Shown here piece by piece: positions 38,279 to 52,400 of a DNA stretch of 64,000 nucleotides. The DNA is from Phoronis australis. Taxonomy: Eukaryota; Animalia; Phoronida. The notes beneath the pieces were generated by a model, which saw only the letters and a program-made list of their open reading frames with translations, had not been told where the DNA came from and ran no database searches. The position numbers and the translations under genes are program-made. Each line of letters starts with the position of its first letter. Position 1 is the stretch's first letter. Where the stretch lies: the NCBI GenBank assembly GCA_002633005.1, contig NMRA01000533.1, positions 179,268-243,267 of the forward strand, given 5' to 3'.

Positions 38279-39564
38279 TAATCTAAATGAGTATTCAAGG
38301 TAGTATGTCTACCCAGGGCCTTGTTGACAGAAATTTGATCCTACGCCCCCACTTCACAATTGCTGAAGAGGTTCAGTAGCCACGTAATTATGAAAGCGTC
38401 ACAGACTGGAAGTGCAATGATAACTCGTTAATTTGCAGTTATGTGTGTATCCTGTAAGAATTTGGTTCTTTGCACAAGTGATATTTGAATATCTTTTCAG
38501 AAAAAGTTATGTAGAACGTAAGACAAATTTCTGACTAAATCACTTTTCATGTTACCGCCTCACCTGGTTCACCTCGGCCTACATGAATGTATTCCATATC
38601 ACTAACACGCACCAGTTATTGTAAGCAAATCAAGGCGTTATAAATTTGGGTTTTTGATAGGAAAGGTTGTTTTTACACTTTAGGTCAGTCTTGTTTATAA
38701 CCATTGAGAGGCACAGGAGACCAGTTGGCATTAAGAATATCATGATTTTCAACCTGCAAGTCGCTGTCATCAGCATACATAACCAATTTGAAACACTAAC
38801 CAAAACATTTCCGTATCTTCAAATCATCACACATTTTCGAAATTCAATCTTTGAGCGTAATCTTGACATCCAAAGATAATTGTGCAAAAATGAGGTTCCA
38901 GTGCATAGGAACCTAATATAGCTCGAGAACTAAGAATACTTTCTTAAGCATTTTAATCCCACGTTTGCAACTGGCAGTCTTAGATTTATCGTTGACGTAA
39001 GCAAAACTCATTTTGTCATACACTGTTATGCTTGAAACAAATCAAAACTACATGTAGTCAGAATGTATGTGTAAAGATGCCCTGAAATGCCCGAGCTGAC
39101 TTTGTACCAATGGAACATGCTCTGCATAATGTGATCTTGAACTTGACATTTTCGCTTAACCTTGACCTCCAATGGTACCAAAAATGGTATAAGCATCGGT
39201 TTTATCATACCTTAAAACCTATAGTTTCATTTATTGGGACTTGCAAATTTCAAAAATGTGTATGGCGGAATTTTCAATCAGAGGGTTATGCCTGCAAAAC
39301 TCAACCCGGTATACAACTTGTTTGAATTCAGCATCCCAAAATTAGTCAAAATCACTCGTAACGACTACATTATCCCCAGATACCCTCCACACCCTTTTCT
39401 GAGGCCTTTTTGAGAACTGAAACCTGACAATTAATAAGTTCACAGTCCAGGTAATCTCTTTTGTCATGTTCATTCCACCTTAAATTGATATTAGATTTAT
39501 TAATTAATATTAAAAAAGAATCTCCTACCCAGCTCTATAAAAACTATTTCGCTCTAACACTTGT

Positions 39565-40024
39565 CAGTGGCGGATTTAGAGGGGGCCATGGGTCGTGGGC
39601 CCACCTAAAATTATCTTAGATCATATTGGACACAATGGTTGACTTGAGTACTTCCGTTGGCTGTTAACAGCTTGACAAGGCGTTGTTTGAACATGCGTTC
39701 GACACCTTCTAACCGGTACATGTATACCACGCATCATCGAGGAACAACAGTATTACGTGAAGGTGTTTTTTTGTAATTTCACTGCACAGTGAATTGCTTT
39801 TTTCGCGTTTATCCCACTTTAAAAGGATACTAATAATAGACACTAAAAATATTCCCCTGTACTACTTGTCAGTGGCGGATTTGGAGGGTGGCCATGGGGA
39901 CCATTGTCCCCCTACAATTCCCTTATGTCACACCTGGCAGTTCGGGGATGCGGATGTCTGAAGGCAAAATCTTGAATAATACTTTGCCTTGTCCCATCCC
40001 CAACTCAAAATCCTAGATCCGCTC
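39565..40024. mobile_element. Related MITE ends (CAGTGGCGGATTT at 39565 and 39870; CTAGATCCGCT near 40013)
   Basis: Same terminal motif; both left ends are preceded by ACTTGT. Confidence 0.5.
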
Positions 40025-40085
40025 AAGATTGTCAACCTCAAAAGTTATTATTACCTTCTAAAAGCTCCTGTTCAGTGTGTTAAAT

Positions 40086-41263
40086 AGCTCACTTGCGAGT
40101 TTCTCGCTAGTCACTGTGACGTCACCGGAAAGGGGGCAAAACCCGCCATATTGCTCTTGTTTTGCCCCGAGTCTTTGCTACACACGCTAAAACTTACTGG
40201 AGTTCTTATGGTGAATTTTACGCTTAAAACGTTAAAACGACTTAAGATATGGTAGATGGGTCGTGGAATAACTGTGAATAGACGAAGAAAATGTGACCTT
40301 GTTATGTTGTGCGAAGCTGTGAACGGACTGAAATTGGAACTTAACCCGCTCTAGGCCTGAATGGCGCAGGCATACAGGGGCGATAGTGTATCCCCATAAA
40401 AAGATATTCACTTCAAAATACAGCAAATAAAATCAAATGAAACATGCATATGAGCACATGAAGTTATAATTAACACATACCCTGACTCTGGACACAATTT
40501 AGTCTACAAATAACTTGAGCATATTCATGAAAACCTCGCGGTCCTCTCGAGTTGCTATCACTAAAGAGCCGCCATTTTGAGGAAGTTACGTGAAATCACA
40601 CCTGTTGACGAACAAAAAGTCCAAGGGACACAAATCTAACAAATTTCACTTAATATTTTCTCATGCTATTTTGCAAGTGTCACGCGCCAGGTCACGCGCC
40701 AGATCTCGCGCTTCGCTCAGTCTCGCGCTAGCCTTTGCCTCACACTCACCTGACTCAGTTGAAATACCTGATTGTGGTAATCGCGCGCGCGGACAAAGTT
40801 TACAGTAACCACAAAGTGGAGTTGGAATTCTTCGCCTAAGTCACCTGAATTCCCGCATATATGCTTCATCGAAGATATGTTTAGAAGCAGAAAGAGTCAC
40901 TGAAGAAAGTAAGAGCCTTTTAGGTGCTAATTTTAGGTGTAGAATGTATTTTCGACGAGGTGAAAACGTTATCAGTGAGCGCATGGGATTTCGCCTACCG
41001 CCCGTTTAAAATACACGGGACGAAATTAGTAGAGAACGCGATAGAACGTATTGTAGTGCGAATCTGAAGTTCATTTGCCATAACAGCAATGCTTTTGGAC
41101 ATTTTTCGAACTAAACGGCTAAAAACTCGAATACAATAACAGAATACAGTCTGCTACCGTATTGGGCAAATGACCAAACAACAAGCTTTTGCCCCACTTC
41201 CCGTGACGTCACAGTTAAGTCTCACATAATCTCGCGTTATTGTTATAAACTCGCAAAAGGCCT
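40086..41263. mobile_element. ISL2EU-like non-autonomous DNA transposon
   Basis: AT flanks; imperfect TIRs AG..TTGCGAGTTT; subterminal inverted ACTGTGACGTCAC..GGGGCAAAA; convergent remnants of a SAP-like start (+, ~40209) and a KHCCYGK*TSDS THAP-like start (-, ~41100). Confidence 0.6.
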
Positions 41264-41740
41264 ATTGGCAATCGTGATCTACACTTTAAACGAGTTATAC
41301 GACAACTATAAGGAAAAAACACCCACCATGAATCATTAATGTATCTGTCTAGTGATATTGTGAGTGTGTTTATAGTTGAATCAGAGAGACGTAGGTGGTG
41401 AATTACAGGAGCCAGGGCAAGGGCTAAAATAACCAAAAACAGGGTTTAGTATAATTTTAGTGAAAAACAAGAAGTAGAACACTTAACTTGTTTGATACTT
41501 TGACTGCACCAACATGCAGACATATCGATTATCGATACGCCATTTCGTACAAATTGTAGTACATTCCGTTTACATTATTTAATGTATACAGCAATTCGTG
41601 AATACGTCAAATTTGAGAAATTGATGAATAGCGTAATTTAAATCACTGGGATTTGTCTATATCGAAATAACTGTAAAGGGGGCAGAGGTTTAAGGCGAAT
41701 GACGTATTTTGTGTTGAACCCTACAATCGTTTTACTTCAG

Positions 41741-41930
41741 GTGTATGTATGATTACCTGGTAATCTATGATGGCAGAGAAGCATACGCGCCTGAACTTGC
41801 CTTTTGTTGCGGGGAAAAGTCCAATACAGTCGTTGTGTCCAGCGGAAGAAACTGTTATCTCAACTTCGTTACTGACGGTAATTCCCACTACACTGGATTT
41901 GAGATGACATACGAATTTATTGACGGGTAA
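41741..41930 (+). CDS. Host gene exon: C-terminal half of the CUB domain
   Basis: Acceptor TTTTACTTCAG|; phase-2 join TG|G gives ..EDNW-CMYDYLVIYDG..FCCG..SSGR..LNFVTD..GFEMTY. Ends at TAA 41928-30 (AATAAA at 41939) or at a donor at 41927. Confidence 0.9.
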
Positions 41931-42180
41931 CAGGTATTAATAAAATTGAAAGTCACAACTACTTTTAAAATATGGGTAGATTTGTAGCCAAGCTAATACC
42001 GAAGGATAAATAAAGTTGCAATGCCATCATCTCTGCTTTGAGTTTCACTGAAAACCGTCCATCAGGAACAACATTGAAAAATCTCCCCCTTGTGGCCTTT
42101 GTAGGTGACTAAGTTCAAAAAGTAATAGCGCATTGTTCTAGCGACACCCTATGCACTTGTGCTAAGTTCCATTGAGTTTA

Positions 42181-42300
42181 AACAAAGGGCTTTTGAGATA
42201 TACATGGGAACATTCAACTCTTTGACAGGGTGACGATATTAACAAAGGGTTTTTAAGATACCTATGGGAACAGTCAACTCTTTGACAGGGTGGCGTTATT
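42181..42300 (+). repeat. 2 x 60-bp tandem repeat
   Basis: AACAAAGGG...CAACTCTTTGACAGGGTG..TATT occurs twice. Confidence 0.9.
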
Positions 42301-44967
42301 ATACAATGTTTGACCACAGATATATTGTATTTATATCGGTGCATAAAATTGCGTTGCCGAGATGTCAGCAATTTCCTAATAATCAGGCAAGTTTCCTAGA
42401 AATTTACTGTTTGTTGTTTAAACACGGCTTACAGTGGAGTTAGTGATGAATGAACAGAAGTAACTTCGAAGTAGGCGTCTTGATGGGTTTATGTTCGAGA
42501 AAATAATATTCTATTAGCAAACTAGAGTATCGGATTTTGCGGAAAATCCGTGGTATTCATTTTGATATGCAGTCAAGATAAAGTCATAGAAAAATTGAAA
42601 GAACTTAAGAGTCACTGCATGAGAAAGTCAGGGAGATGTGGGAACATGACATGTCACGGATTTTTTTGAAATATAGCTTATTTTTCATCTTAGGTGGAAT
42701 GGTCAACACTTAAAATAATTTTATTTAAATATCTAACTTCTTCACAGAAAACTGACCCTCGAAAATTTCGGCTAGTTTATGGCTTCGGAAACCATCAAAT
42801 TTTAGCATTTTTGTTGCATCACTCTGCAGTATACTGAATAAACACAAATTCTGTCTACATGAAAATGTAAAACTCAGAGTTGAAATGTATTCGCAAATAA
42901 GCTATTGTTGTTACTTATTCAACCCACCTGAGTCAAGCTGTGTAAATGGTAGAAATGCCCTTTATTCGATCGTTGTTTCTCTTACCGCGCAAAAAACACT
43001 CAGAAATGTTATATACTACATGTGAAAGCTGAGCCTTTGTGAAGCACATATTTATTAAAACATTCGTGGACAGTGACCTCTGTGTCCCGCATGCTTTGAT
43101 TGAAACCACCCACTTCGCTGATATCGGTCGTCCTGTTCGCCACTACTGTCACACTCCCATCAACAAACCAACAAAGCTCTAAACATTTATGAGTAACAAA
43201 AAACGATGTTACCAAGATCGTTAAGATTTTTCAAAGCTCGAAATCGTAATTACATTAAAATTCTTGCGGCTAGTGCTCAGAACTTTACAATTAAAGCTGA
43301 AATTACGGCCTCAAAACGATCAGTCCTGTAATTTCTGCTTGACGTCTAGTAACGTTAGGTGCTTCCGAAAAAATAGGAACGTATATTAACACGAAACTAG
43401 CCAAAATCGTACTTGATTGAATGGTTATTGCTATCCATACCTTTTAAGTACCGAAGACCCCCACTGGGAGCACTGATGCTCTGAAGGTCAAAATCTTCCG
43501 GGTAATAATTTTTCTGCTGCTCATCAGTTGGCGCACAACTTAACCTTCTGTTGAGCAAGTTGTACTCATTACGCAGTCCAAAGTCAATATTTTAGGGCGC
43601 GCCCAAGCGTCTAACTTTGAGAAATCCTACATGTTTGGCTAACTATCCAATGCACGGATAACGTATATTGGCTATTGCTATTTCTATAGGAGTGTTTTCG
43701 CCAACCTCCACTCAACAGTTCTTGAAGCAACGTTTCAGCCAGTTGTATTTACAATTATCATCGAGACTTCCATTTCAGTGATGACGATTGCAACGTAGAT
43801 TCGACGAAGCATTGCAGGTTCAGATGAGAATGGACCAGAAGATTCCAACCGTGATTATAGAACATCCCTAACACAATATGAATTCGAGATGTACATAAAA
43901 TACTACATAGGGCTAGCAATGTCATTGGTTAATCTGGGCATCAGATGTAAACCACTAGCAGATACAGAATTTCAAAAGGGGCGATTGCAGTGGTGCTATG
44001 AATTTGAAATACAGACAGACTATGAAAATGTCAAATTATTTTACTATAGGTGTCGGGGAACTTAAGTGTTTTATTATCTAATACTCACGGAAACTGACTT
44101 GCAACACATAGAAAAACACATCAGTGCAGTATTAATTACACAGGAAATATATACAACGCAGACTTTGGTCATTGTTTACATCGAGCTATGGATAGGACAC
44201 TTTAGTTTCCCACTATACAAGTGTGGGTGTTAAAGTTGGTTGTGAACGTTAAGTTTTGGGTAGCGAGATCTTTGATCAAAAGAAGAAAAAATGAAACCAT
44301 AGTCTACATCACAATGCAATTTTTGTCAGCATTATACAAAAACAGGAAAAACGGAAAGTGCCGAAGATTGCATCTCTGGCAGTTTGCTTCCAGGGATGTT
44401 AACAATATGTAATATATAAAATAAACAACCTCTAGATGGTGCAGCATACATTATATTCATCTGAAACAAGACAATCGCTGTCACGTTCTTGCCAATTTCC
44501 ATACATCAAGATACTTGGTTTATACAGAACCGCTGGAGGACACCACAGCACTCAGACGTCCTAAAGGCTATACCGGACATACTCTTTTCATTAATGTAAC
44601 ACATACTTAACCTTGCACACAGATTCATCAACACGACTTTGTAAATATTGCGGTGCAGATAAACAAACAAATTGCCGATCCGGACGCCTCAGTGATTGCA
44701 CCCATCAGAAAACCTGTCAGCCGTGATCATCTCAATAGGAACACATGAGCAAAATTTCAGAAATATCCTCCAATCAATTTCAAGGACAGAGAGGCTGCTG
44801 CCAGAAATAATATTCTTTAGTGACACAGAATATTTTAAATGCAGCCGAAAACAGCTGTTTGTTCTCGTTTCCTCAACGGAAACAAATATACCACATTGCA
44901 CGAAAATACGTCAAGGAACTTGGTAGATATAGAGGCATACATCAAGAAAACCTAAATTGCCATTAAG

Positions 44968-45123
44968 CAGTGCCGTAGTGGCGCGTGGGCATAGGTAGGT
45001 GCAACCAACCACCTTTTGGCATTTGAACTCAGTGCCTACGCTCCATAAGTTACGTTCAGTGCTCAAGGTGATACGGTGGGCTTTGGGCGCCTACTTACCT
45101 TTAATTTTTCCCCTACAGCACTG
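44968..45123. mobile_element. hAT-type MITE
   Basis: TIR CAGTGC(C/T)GTAG; 8-bp TSD CCATTAAG / CCATTAAA. Confidence 0.8.
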
Positions 45124-45211
45124 CCATTAAATTGCGCCATAAGAGATCGTCCAATCAACAATCAGTGTCAGCCGTGCTGATCTCAACGGCAATGTTTGTG
45201 TACAGATTAGA

Positions 45212-48200
45212 TACAGCACACATCACGAATTTTTGTCCGCGAAGTCGGAAATTAGTCGACGACTAGCCGTCGACCGGTCGGCTAAAAATTAGCCGACCGG
45301 CAGCCGCCCGCAGTGCCAACTCATAAGGCGACTGCCCAGCCGACCCTTCAGCCGACCCTTCGGCCGACCGGCCATCAGCCGACCAGGTGGTCAGCTGCTA
45401 TTTTTAGGCTAGAGTAGCAGTTGCGTAATAGGTTGTCAGGCTGATGCCACTTTGCGTGTCGATGCACATTCGTCTAAGCACAGGGTCAAATAAATTAACC
45501 TAGTTTTACTGTCTCGGTTACATGAGTTCACGTCGGTTGTGTAACACCACTACTTCGAAGGTTGAAGGCAAGCGGTACTAGTAAACATTGGATTATGGAC
45601 AATGCAACAAGTTTTGGATGAAAAACGTGAAAGTTTTCTTTACATTTGATCTTTAATTTGACTCGTGACGTTAACAAGATGCATTAGATTGGTTGCTTCC
45701 CGGTCAATACAACGCAGTAACGCTGCTATTTTTAACAGTCTTCGCCCGCAATTGATTTTGTTTGTGTAACGCCAAACTGCATCTTTTTGCGTTTTTTAAG
45801 TTAGTCACCGGTCTCCTATCAGGCGCTCATGATGATGGATTAGTGAGTGAGTTGTTACACCGCGAAGAGCTCTCACTGCGGGGATTTCATTTTCATAGTA
45901 TTGACCCTTGCAGTACAGACGCGAAATTCACGGTCCAGTATGCCCTAAACCCACGGACTTCGATGGCTCTAACTTCGAAATTATATTATGGTTACGATTT
46001 CCACGATCTAAGACGGTGGCATCACCACTGTTGAGGCTGCAGTCAATTGTAGCGTAAAGAAAGAGTTGCGTTTTCAAAACAGTCAGAGCATGAGCTCAAG
46101 GACTACAGTACCTGAGACTGGTATTCTTGTCTTGGAAAACTGTTACCCCGAAGAAATGTGCAAAATACGAACGTCATTTACGGAAGGTTGTACTAGAAGT
46201 AATTCGTTGCAGTGGAGCAGCCACGGGATAGTAAAAACACTATGCTGTACACTAGTTAGCTGAATGGAAAGCTGACGCGAAAACATCCAGAACACACATT
46301 TTCTATTCAGGAATTGAAATCTCTGTAGAATCAAAAACAATTGGCAACCAGGATTCATTGCGTCAGAAAACTTATCACGCCAGGAGAGAGAGTTGTTTTC
46401 AAGCCCGGAGGCTACGTGATCACCCATACTGCAATGGTGACAATCCAGTGTGTACCTATACATTAGCATCTATTGTAAAACGTGGATTAGACAAAAGAAA
46501 TTCAACCGCATTTCCAAGATAATAGGTCTGTTGTCGGCGAGAGGTTGAACATATAGCCCTTGTTTATATGTATACTTGTAGTACGGACATTATCACTTTG
46601 AAAGATCCATGCTTTGGGAAGGTGAGGTGGTGTTCTGGCGTGAAAGTTACTGACACGGTAAGTTTTTGAACCTGACTTATTAAATTTTCAGTTCGGTGGT
46701 ATTTTATCTTGATCCTGAAGTGAAGAATTTTTGGTCCTCATTTGATAAATTATAGGTGCTGATGTGATAAATTTTCAGCCTTGACGTGGTGAATTTTGGT
46801 CTTTATTTGCTCAGGGGTCTTCTGTGTGAAAACAATCTGAATGTATTGGATTGTTTTAATTCCTGCTTAAGTAAAATTTCTGGTTGTGAGATATCTATTT
46901 TTAGTCCTGGAGAGTTTCACATGTTTTGCTTGGTTTTAATCTTGCATAGAAAAGATATGTCGTTAAATGTTTCAAATTAGGCCTCCCATAAATGTGGGAG
47001 AGCAGGTTGTGTAGCATCGTACTATGTAACTTCTTATATAAATCTAGGTGTTCGTGATTTAGTAATACTATGAAAAATGAGTAGTTATGACTATGAAAAA
47101 TGAGTAGTTGAGGCTTCTTTTGAAATACTGTATCCTTTGTATATGCCTGGTGTAGATATCTCAGTGTGATATTATGTAAGCTTTATTATCCTCTATGGCT
47201 TAACAACTATATATCTTCATTCATGCCTGTCATAGAGGTACCCCCAGGATCAACAAGCACGTGTATGTTTTTATTCTAATGAGGCGTGCTTCGAATGTAC
47301 AATAAGTCACCATACTTTTACAGTGGTTCATAACAAACGGATTCATTAAACAACTGCCGATCTGCATATTAGACATTCATATTGCATCATACCTCATCAG
47401 AGTAAAACTTGTTATCAATCATAGTAGAAAATATCATTTTTATCATTGCCACAAGACGTTAACAAACGCAGTCAGTGTCTGTAGCTGTTGCTGATGAACT
47501 TAAGTCGGTCTATTTCCATTTTTATATCACTGATTCATTCCAAATTTTTGAAATTGCGCCCCTTAAGAGTTTTGACTTGCCCTGGTGATCACTAGAATCC
47601 GAGACAATAAACTTATAGAAGTTGCTTTTTAACCAGTGTAATATAGCTGAAAATTGTGTGCGTTTTCGTTTGCGAAATTGTTCTTTTTGAATCAATGGGT
47701 TAATCATTTTTACGCTCTACATGAAAACACAGATTACTTTTTTAGGATTACATTTACCAGGTTACCCCAAAAATATTATTTTCAAAGTTTTACCCCTTGA
47801 AGTATATGCAAAACACCAAGTATTGTGTTCTTACGCCAAAGGGCTCGGAAGGCTCTAGCCTTGGTGCAAAGCTGTTCACTAAATTAAATGTACAAATTTG
47901 TGCCATTGTGGGTAAAAACTGACCGAATAAAATCTTCCTAGAGTAATCTAGATTATTTAGCAGCGTTGCAAATATGTTTTTTTACAATTATTCTGCTGCT
48001 TAAATTATGGTGTGATCTTATGCGTCGACTTTCGACCCAATGAAATATTGCGTCACCTTTTAGCCAGCTTCTTTTTCCCAGATTCTTCAATCAAACGTTC
48101 TCCAAAGAGGTTGCGTAAACGTCACAACAAATGATCAGAATTGGTTTCACTTCATTATATGTTTTTGGAATTTTGATATCAGTGAACCGAATTTTAGAAC

Positions 48201-49449
48201 AAATTTTGCTGAGATGTTGTCATCATCTAATGGGAGATGTTGAAAACATTTTGGAAGCGGCGCGTGTCACGAATTATTTTTTTCTAAACGACGGCATACA
48301 TTGTTTCGTTAAAAAAGGCAGAGAATTACGCAGGAAGATGACGTCGGATGTTTTTCGCTTAAACGGCCGTAACGGGCAACTTGAATGCCAATTGACCTCT
48401 AGATTGTGCATGCACACCCGCCAGTCTTGAGCTCATGTTGATACAAGCTTTTCGACGAGGTGACAAGCGTAACTATCTGGGCTGTCTGAAGTTTCGAGGC
48501 CTGTTTGATCTCAATAAGCACCATGCTGTATTTTGGAAATAATCTTTATACAACTAGCTGGCTAGAAAGGAATGCTCTAGTTTTTTACAGCGAAAGTGAC
48601 AAAAATTTCAGAATGATGATGGATGGCACTACAAACCGATCACAGTCTTCTGTTTTCATGCGCCCATGATTTACATGTAATATCGGCGCTATGTTGTTTC
48701 TACAATAAACTTGGGTTCTATTGCTGTACCATCACATTATACAGAAATAAGCAATAATTATCTGTGGTAAATCGCAATATACAGCGTGATGAAGTGATGA
48801 TCAAGAGCAATAACGGATGAGCGCAAAATAATGCATGATGCTTGTTGAGCATTCCGCTGCATGAAAACACTTGAGGGAGTAAAATATCCAGTGTTGTATT
48901 CTGATTTTTATGCAAATTTACTGTAAAATTTCAAACTTCGTGCTTGCTTTTATGCATAAAGTACTGTATAAAAAGTCTAATTTCTAAAGTTAGAAATTAT
49001 GCTTCCGCGATCTCACTTAACGTTTGATTTTACCACGCCGTCATTAATTCAACATAAAGTTTGAGGCTGGCGTAATGTCACGCACTTCGTATTTGTAGGT
49101 TGATTCGATTTTACCTCCTTTCAATTGTGTAACAAAAGTTGATAAACCGATGTCAAGATCGGAGATGCCACTGGTGAACGAAGAGCGAACACTTAAATGT
49201 TTGTTTGGCCAAAGTTCACCCGCTAAGTCATAAAATGGTAATTGCCGACCAAGGACATGCTTAATCCGAATTGTTCGTCTACGCTAGACGACCACTTAGC
49301 CGACCCAAGTGCCGATCACAGAGGCGACTCAGCAGACGGCTACTAGCCGACCGTTGTTGGTCGACTGCTGGTCGGCTAGACGACCGGTCGACGGCCGGTC
49401 GTCGACCAATTTCCGACCGGGCGGACAAAAATTCGTGATGTGTGCTGTA
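45212..49449. mobile_element. Complete copy (copy 3) of the ~4.2 kb non-autonomous TIR family, nested in the Sola3-like element
   Basis: Perfect 29-bp TIR TACAGCACACATCACGAATTTTTGTCCGC; subterminal GCCGACC/GGTCGGC arrays; no transposase ORF. Confidence 0.9.
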
Positions 49450-52400
49450 GGTAGCCCAGGAAGTAGAAAAACGTGCTGTCTCCTTAACTGAAACTAGTTG
49501 GCGAAATTTGATGAAAATCAGTCAATGAACTTGTTAGATAAAGAGACTAACACGAAGAAGTAAAGTTGTCACTAGGGACCCAGTGGTAGTCAAATACATC
49601 CCAAAACTCTCTTCTGTCATCTCATTTGTAAAACTTCACATTCACCAAGGATTTGGAGATGCAGCAGCAGATGCCAGACAAAAAGACCAGGATGACAGCA
49701 TAATGAGCCTACACACGCATGCTTGCAAACAGTCATACAGAACAAGGCAAAATTAATCAGACACTAAAGATCTTTGACCCACTTGATGGCTAGTCCTGTT
49801 AATGCAAAAATAACTGGTAATAACTATTACCACAGCTAATTAGATTATCTTAGTCACCATACTAACTTTCCGGTTTCCCTTCATTTTCAGTCACAAAGGA
49901 AGACCACTTTGACTAGAGTTCAACTTTTGCCCCAGCTGTCATGGCAAGGAATTCCGGGCTATTTTGCCAGGATACGTTTGACTTGTAGTGTATACTAATG
50001 CATACAAATAACCTGGAAATGACAGTTAAAGGGACACTTGGCGTGAGAAGTAATTTCACAGAAAATATCAAGGAATCAAATTCACTAGCAACATTACTTC
50101 ATAGCAATAGACACACCACAAGGTGACCATAAGGTGCACAACCAGAATACAGTAACGATGATGATCACGATCTACATGGATACTGCCCAAGATATTCAAA
50201 CAGCAGTTCTATGATTGTGTCCTGCAGTTCTCGTTTGTTGAAAACGCCTCATTGGATCGCTTTTTGACCAATTTTCATGCCTTCCTTGAACGCATCAGTC
50301 AAAAACATCTTTCAGTCATTATTTCAGACCTTTATACTGACTTCAGAGCCCTCCCCATTGTGCTGTATGACTTTCCTGCTGTTTGGGTACTAGCTGCCTG
50401 CATTTTTACACCTGCAAATGTAAAACTCAGTAAAATAGTATATGTTAGCTAGTTCATTGGCAGGCTACCAGAACAACAATTGTCAAACACACGTGAAGAC
50501 CACTCACACACCTAATTGTAAGCTGATCCCTGTTCATACAAATCTAACACAGCTTATGCAACCAATAATCAGTTCAAAAACTCAAGTGACTAAGAATCAT
50601 TGGCGTGACTCAAGGAGGAGTGTGTTAGGAGTGTTTAAAGGTGACGATGCTGGATACAACACCAGGCGCATGATTTTTGGATGGGTAGCCATTTTTTGTG
50701 AATTCACAAAATGAGCTTACACAATCCAAATGCTGTGGTCATAAGTGAGAGAATTGTGCTGTTTGAGTGGTCTTATTGATACATTAATCCACGTCAAAAA
50801 ATCCAGCCTAGATTTGTGCGAATGTCCAAGCCATGGCTGCATAGGCTGTTGAGTAGCATGTTCCATAACAGCTTCACTTTTTGTTGTGTTGTAATATAGA
50901 ACATCTCACAGCGCATTTCCATGTTGACTATTAAGTCAACTTGGAACAACAAAGGTTATATGTTAAACTTATTGATTTGTGATGCCAAATTGAGTTCAAT
51001 AGGCATGCTGTTAGATCATGAAATTCACCTTGAAAACCAGTGGCTTTGGCAACCCACTTTCTCTCCACATCAGCGATTGTCTTCAAGTGCTGTTGGCTGT
51101 TATCATGCCATCCCATGCTAATTTGGTGCTTGAGTTCGTTTCAAGAGGCAAAAGTGTTGTTACAGCCACTTTTTGGATACAGGAATATCTTCGTCTTCCA
51201 ATGGCTCAAACTAGTGAAAGGTCTGACTCTCAATGAGGATTCAACATGGCATTCCTCAACCACTAGTTCCACTGCTTTGCAATCAGAAGCAGGATTCTCC
51301 AGAACCACCCCATCTCCGATCCCCTATGCTTTCCAAGCAACCACTTTTCTAGTTGAAATAGGTAACTTAGGTGTAAGCATTAGAACACACGTCCTTTTTA
51401 AAAAATCAAACTATGAGAGAATATTCCATTCCATCAAATATTTAACTTTTGTTTCAGACCTCATACACAGCTGAAAGTAGTTCACAGATGGTATGACTAA
51501 TCACAGTGAGATTTCTGAGAAAAAATATGAATTATTACGTAGCTCACCTTCCAATGAGAATTTATTAAGTTGACGTAGTCCTGGGATTGAGTGGTGAACA
51601 TCCCTTGCATTCATGAGGCTGCAAACGTACACCTTGGCTTACAACCTAGATACTGCCACATGTGGTGCTTTGGACATATGATCTTTTGTCCTAACAGGCT
51701 GGCCAGTTCCTTTGTCTCTCACACTCCCATTCGTGCCAGATTGCCAATCAACTCCCATTCTTCCTAGTGATATAGTGCGTTGACACTTTTCAGATATTTG
51801 ACAATATCTCGGTTGTAAATAGCACATCGGCTCGCTGGCTTTGTCATTTGCCTTCAGAGCGTGACCTATTTTCGTGAACCTCATTCCGTTTCTTAACTAA
51901 ATGTCAATAACGCAATATTTCTCTAAAAGAACGTTCGAAACAATTCTGGTTTTCTTGAATAAAATTTAATATGATTTTTATTACGATTTACTTCCAATAT
52001 GGATCATATTTTTCATATTTCGAGATTTGCCGCCCTCTATTGGTGGCAGTATGAAACAGGTGAAAGTGGTGAAAGTGCCTTCGCTAAAGTGTAAATTCGA
52101 GAATTAAAAAAGGTTCAAAGACGAGAGCTGTAGCTATCAAAAACCCATGTGTGAGTGGTGTGCGTTTTTGCGCGCTTGAGAGGTCGAAATTGGTAGCTGT
52201 ATTTGATCCGTGGAGGCAAGGCATTCAAAAGTTTCTTAAAAATATCAAAATACGTCATTCTGAATTATTTTGGGCATTCTCATAATACAAAAAGAATAGT
52301 TGTGTATAACTCAATCAAACAACTCCCGCAAAGTGGTTTAATTCCCATGGAAACATAGGGCATTTTCAGCAGTCGCGCACAAGGGGATAGGCCATTTTTT

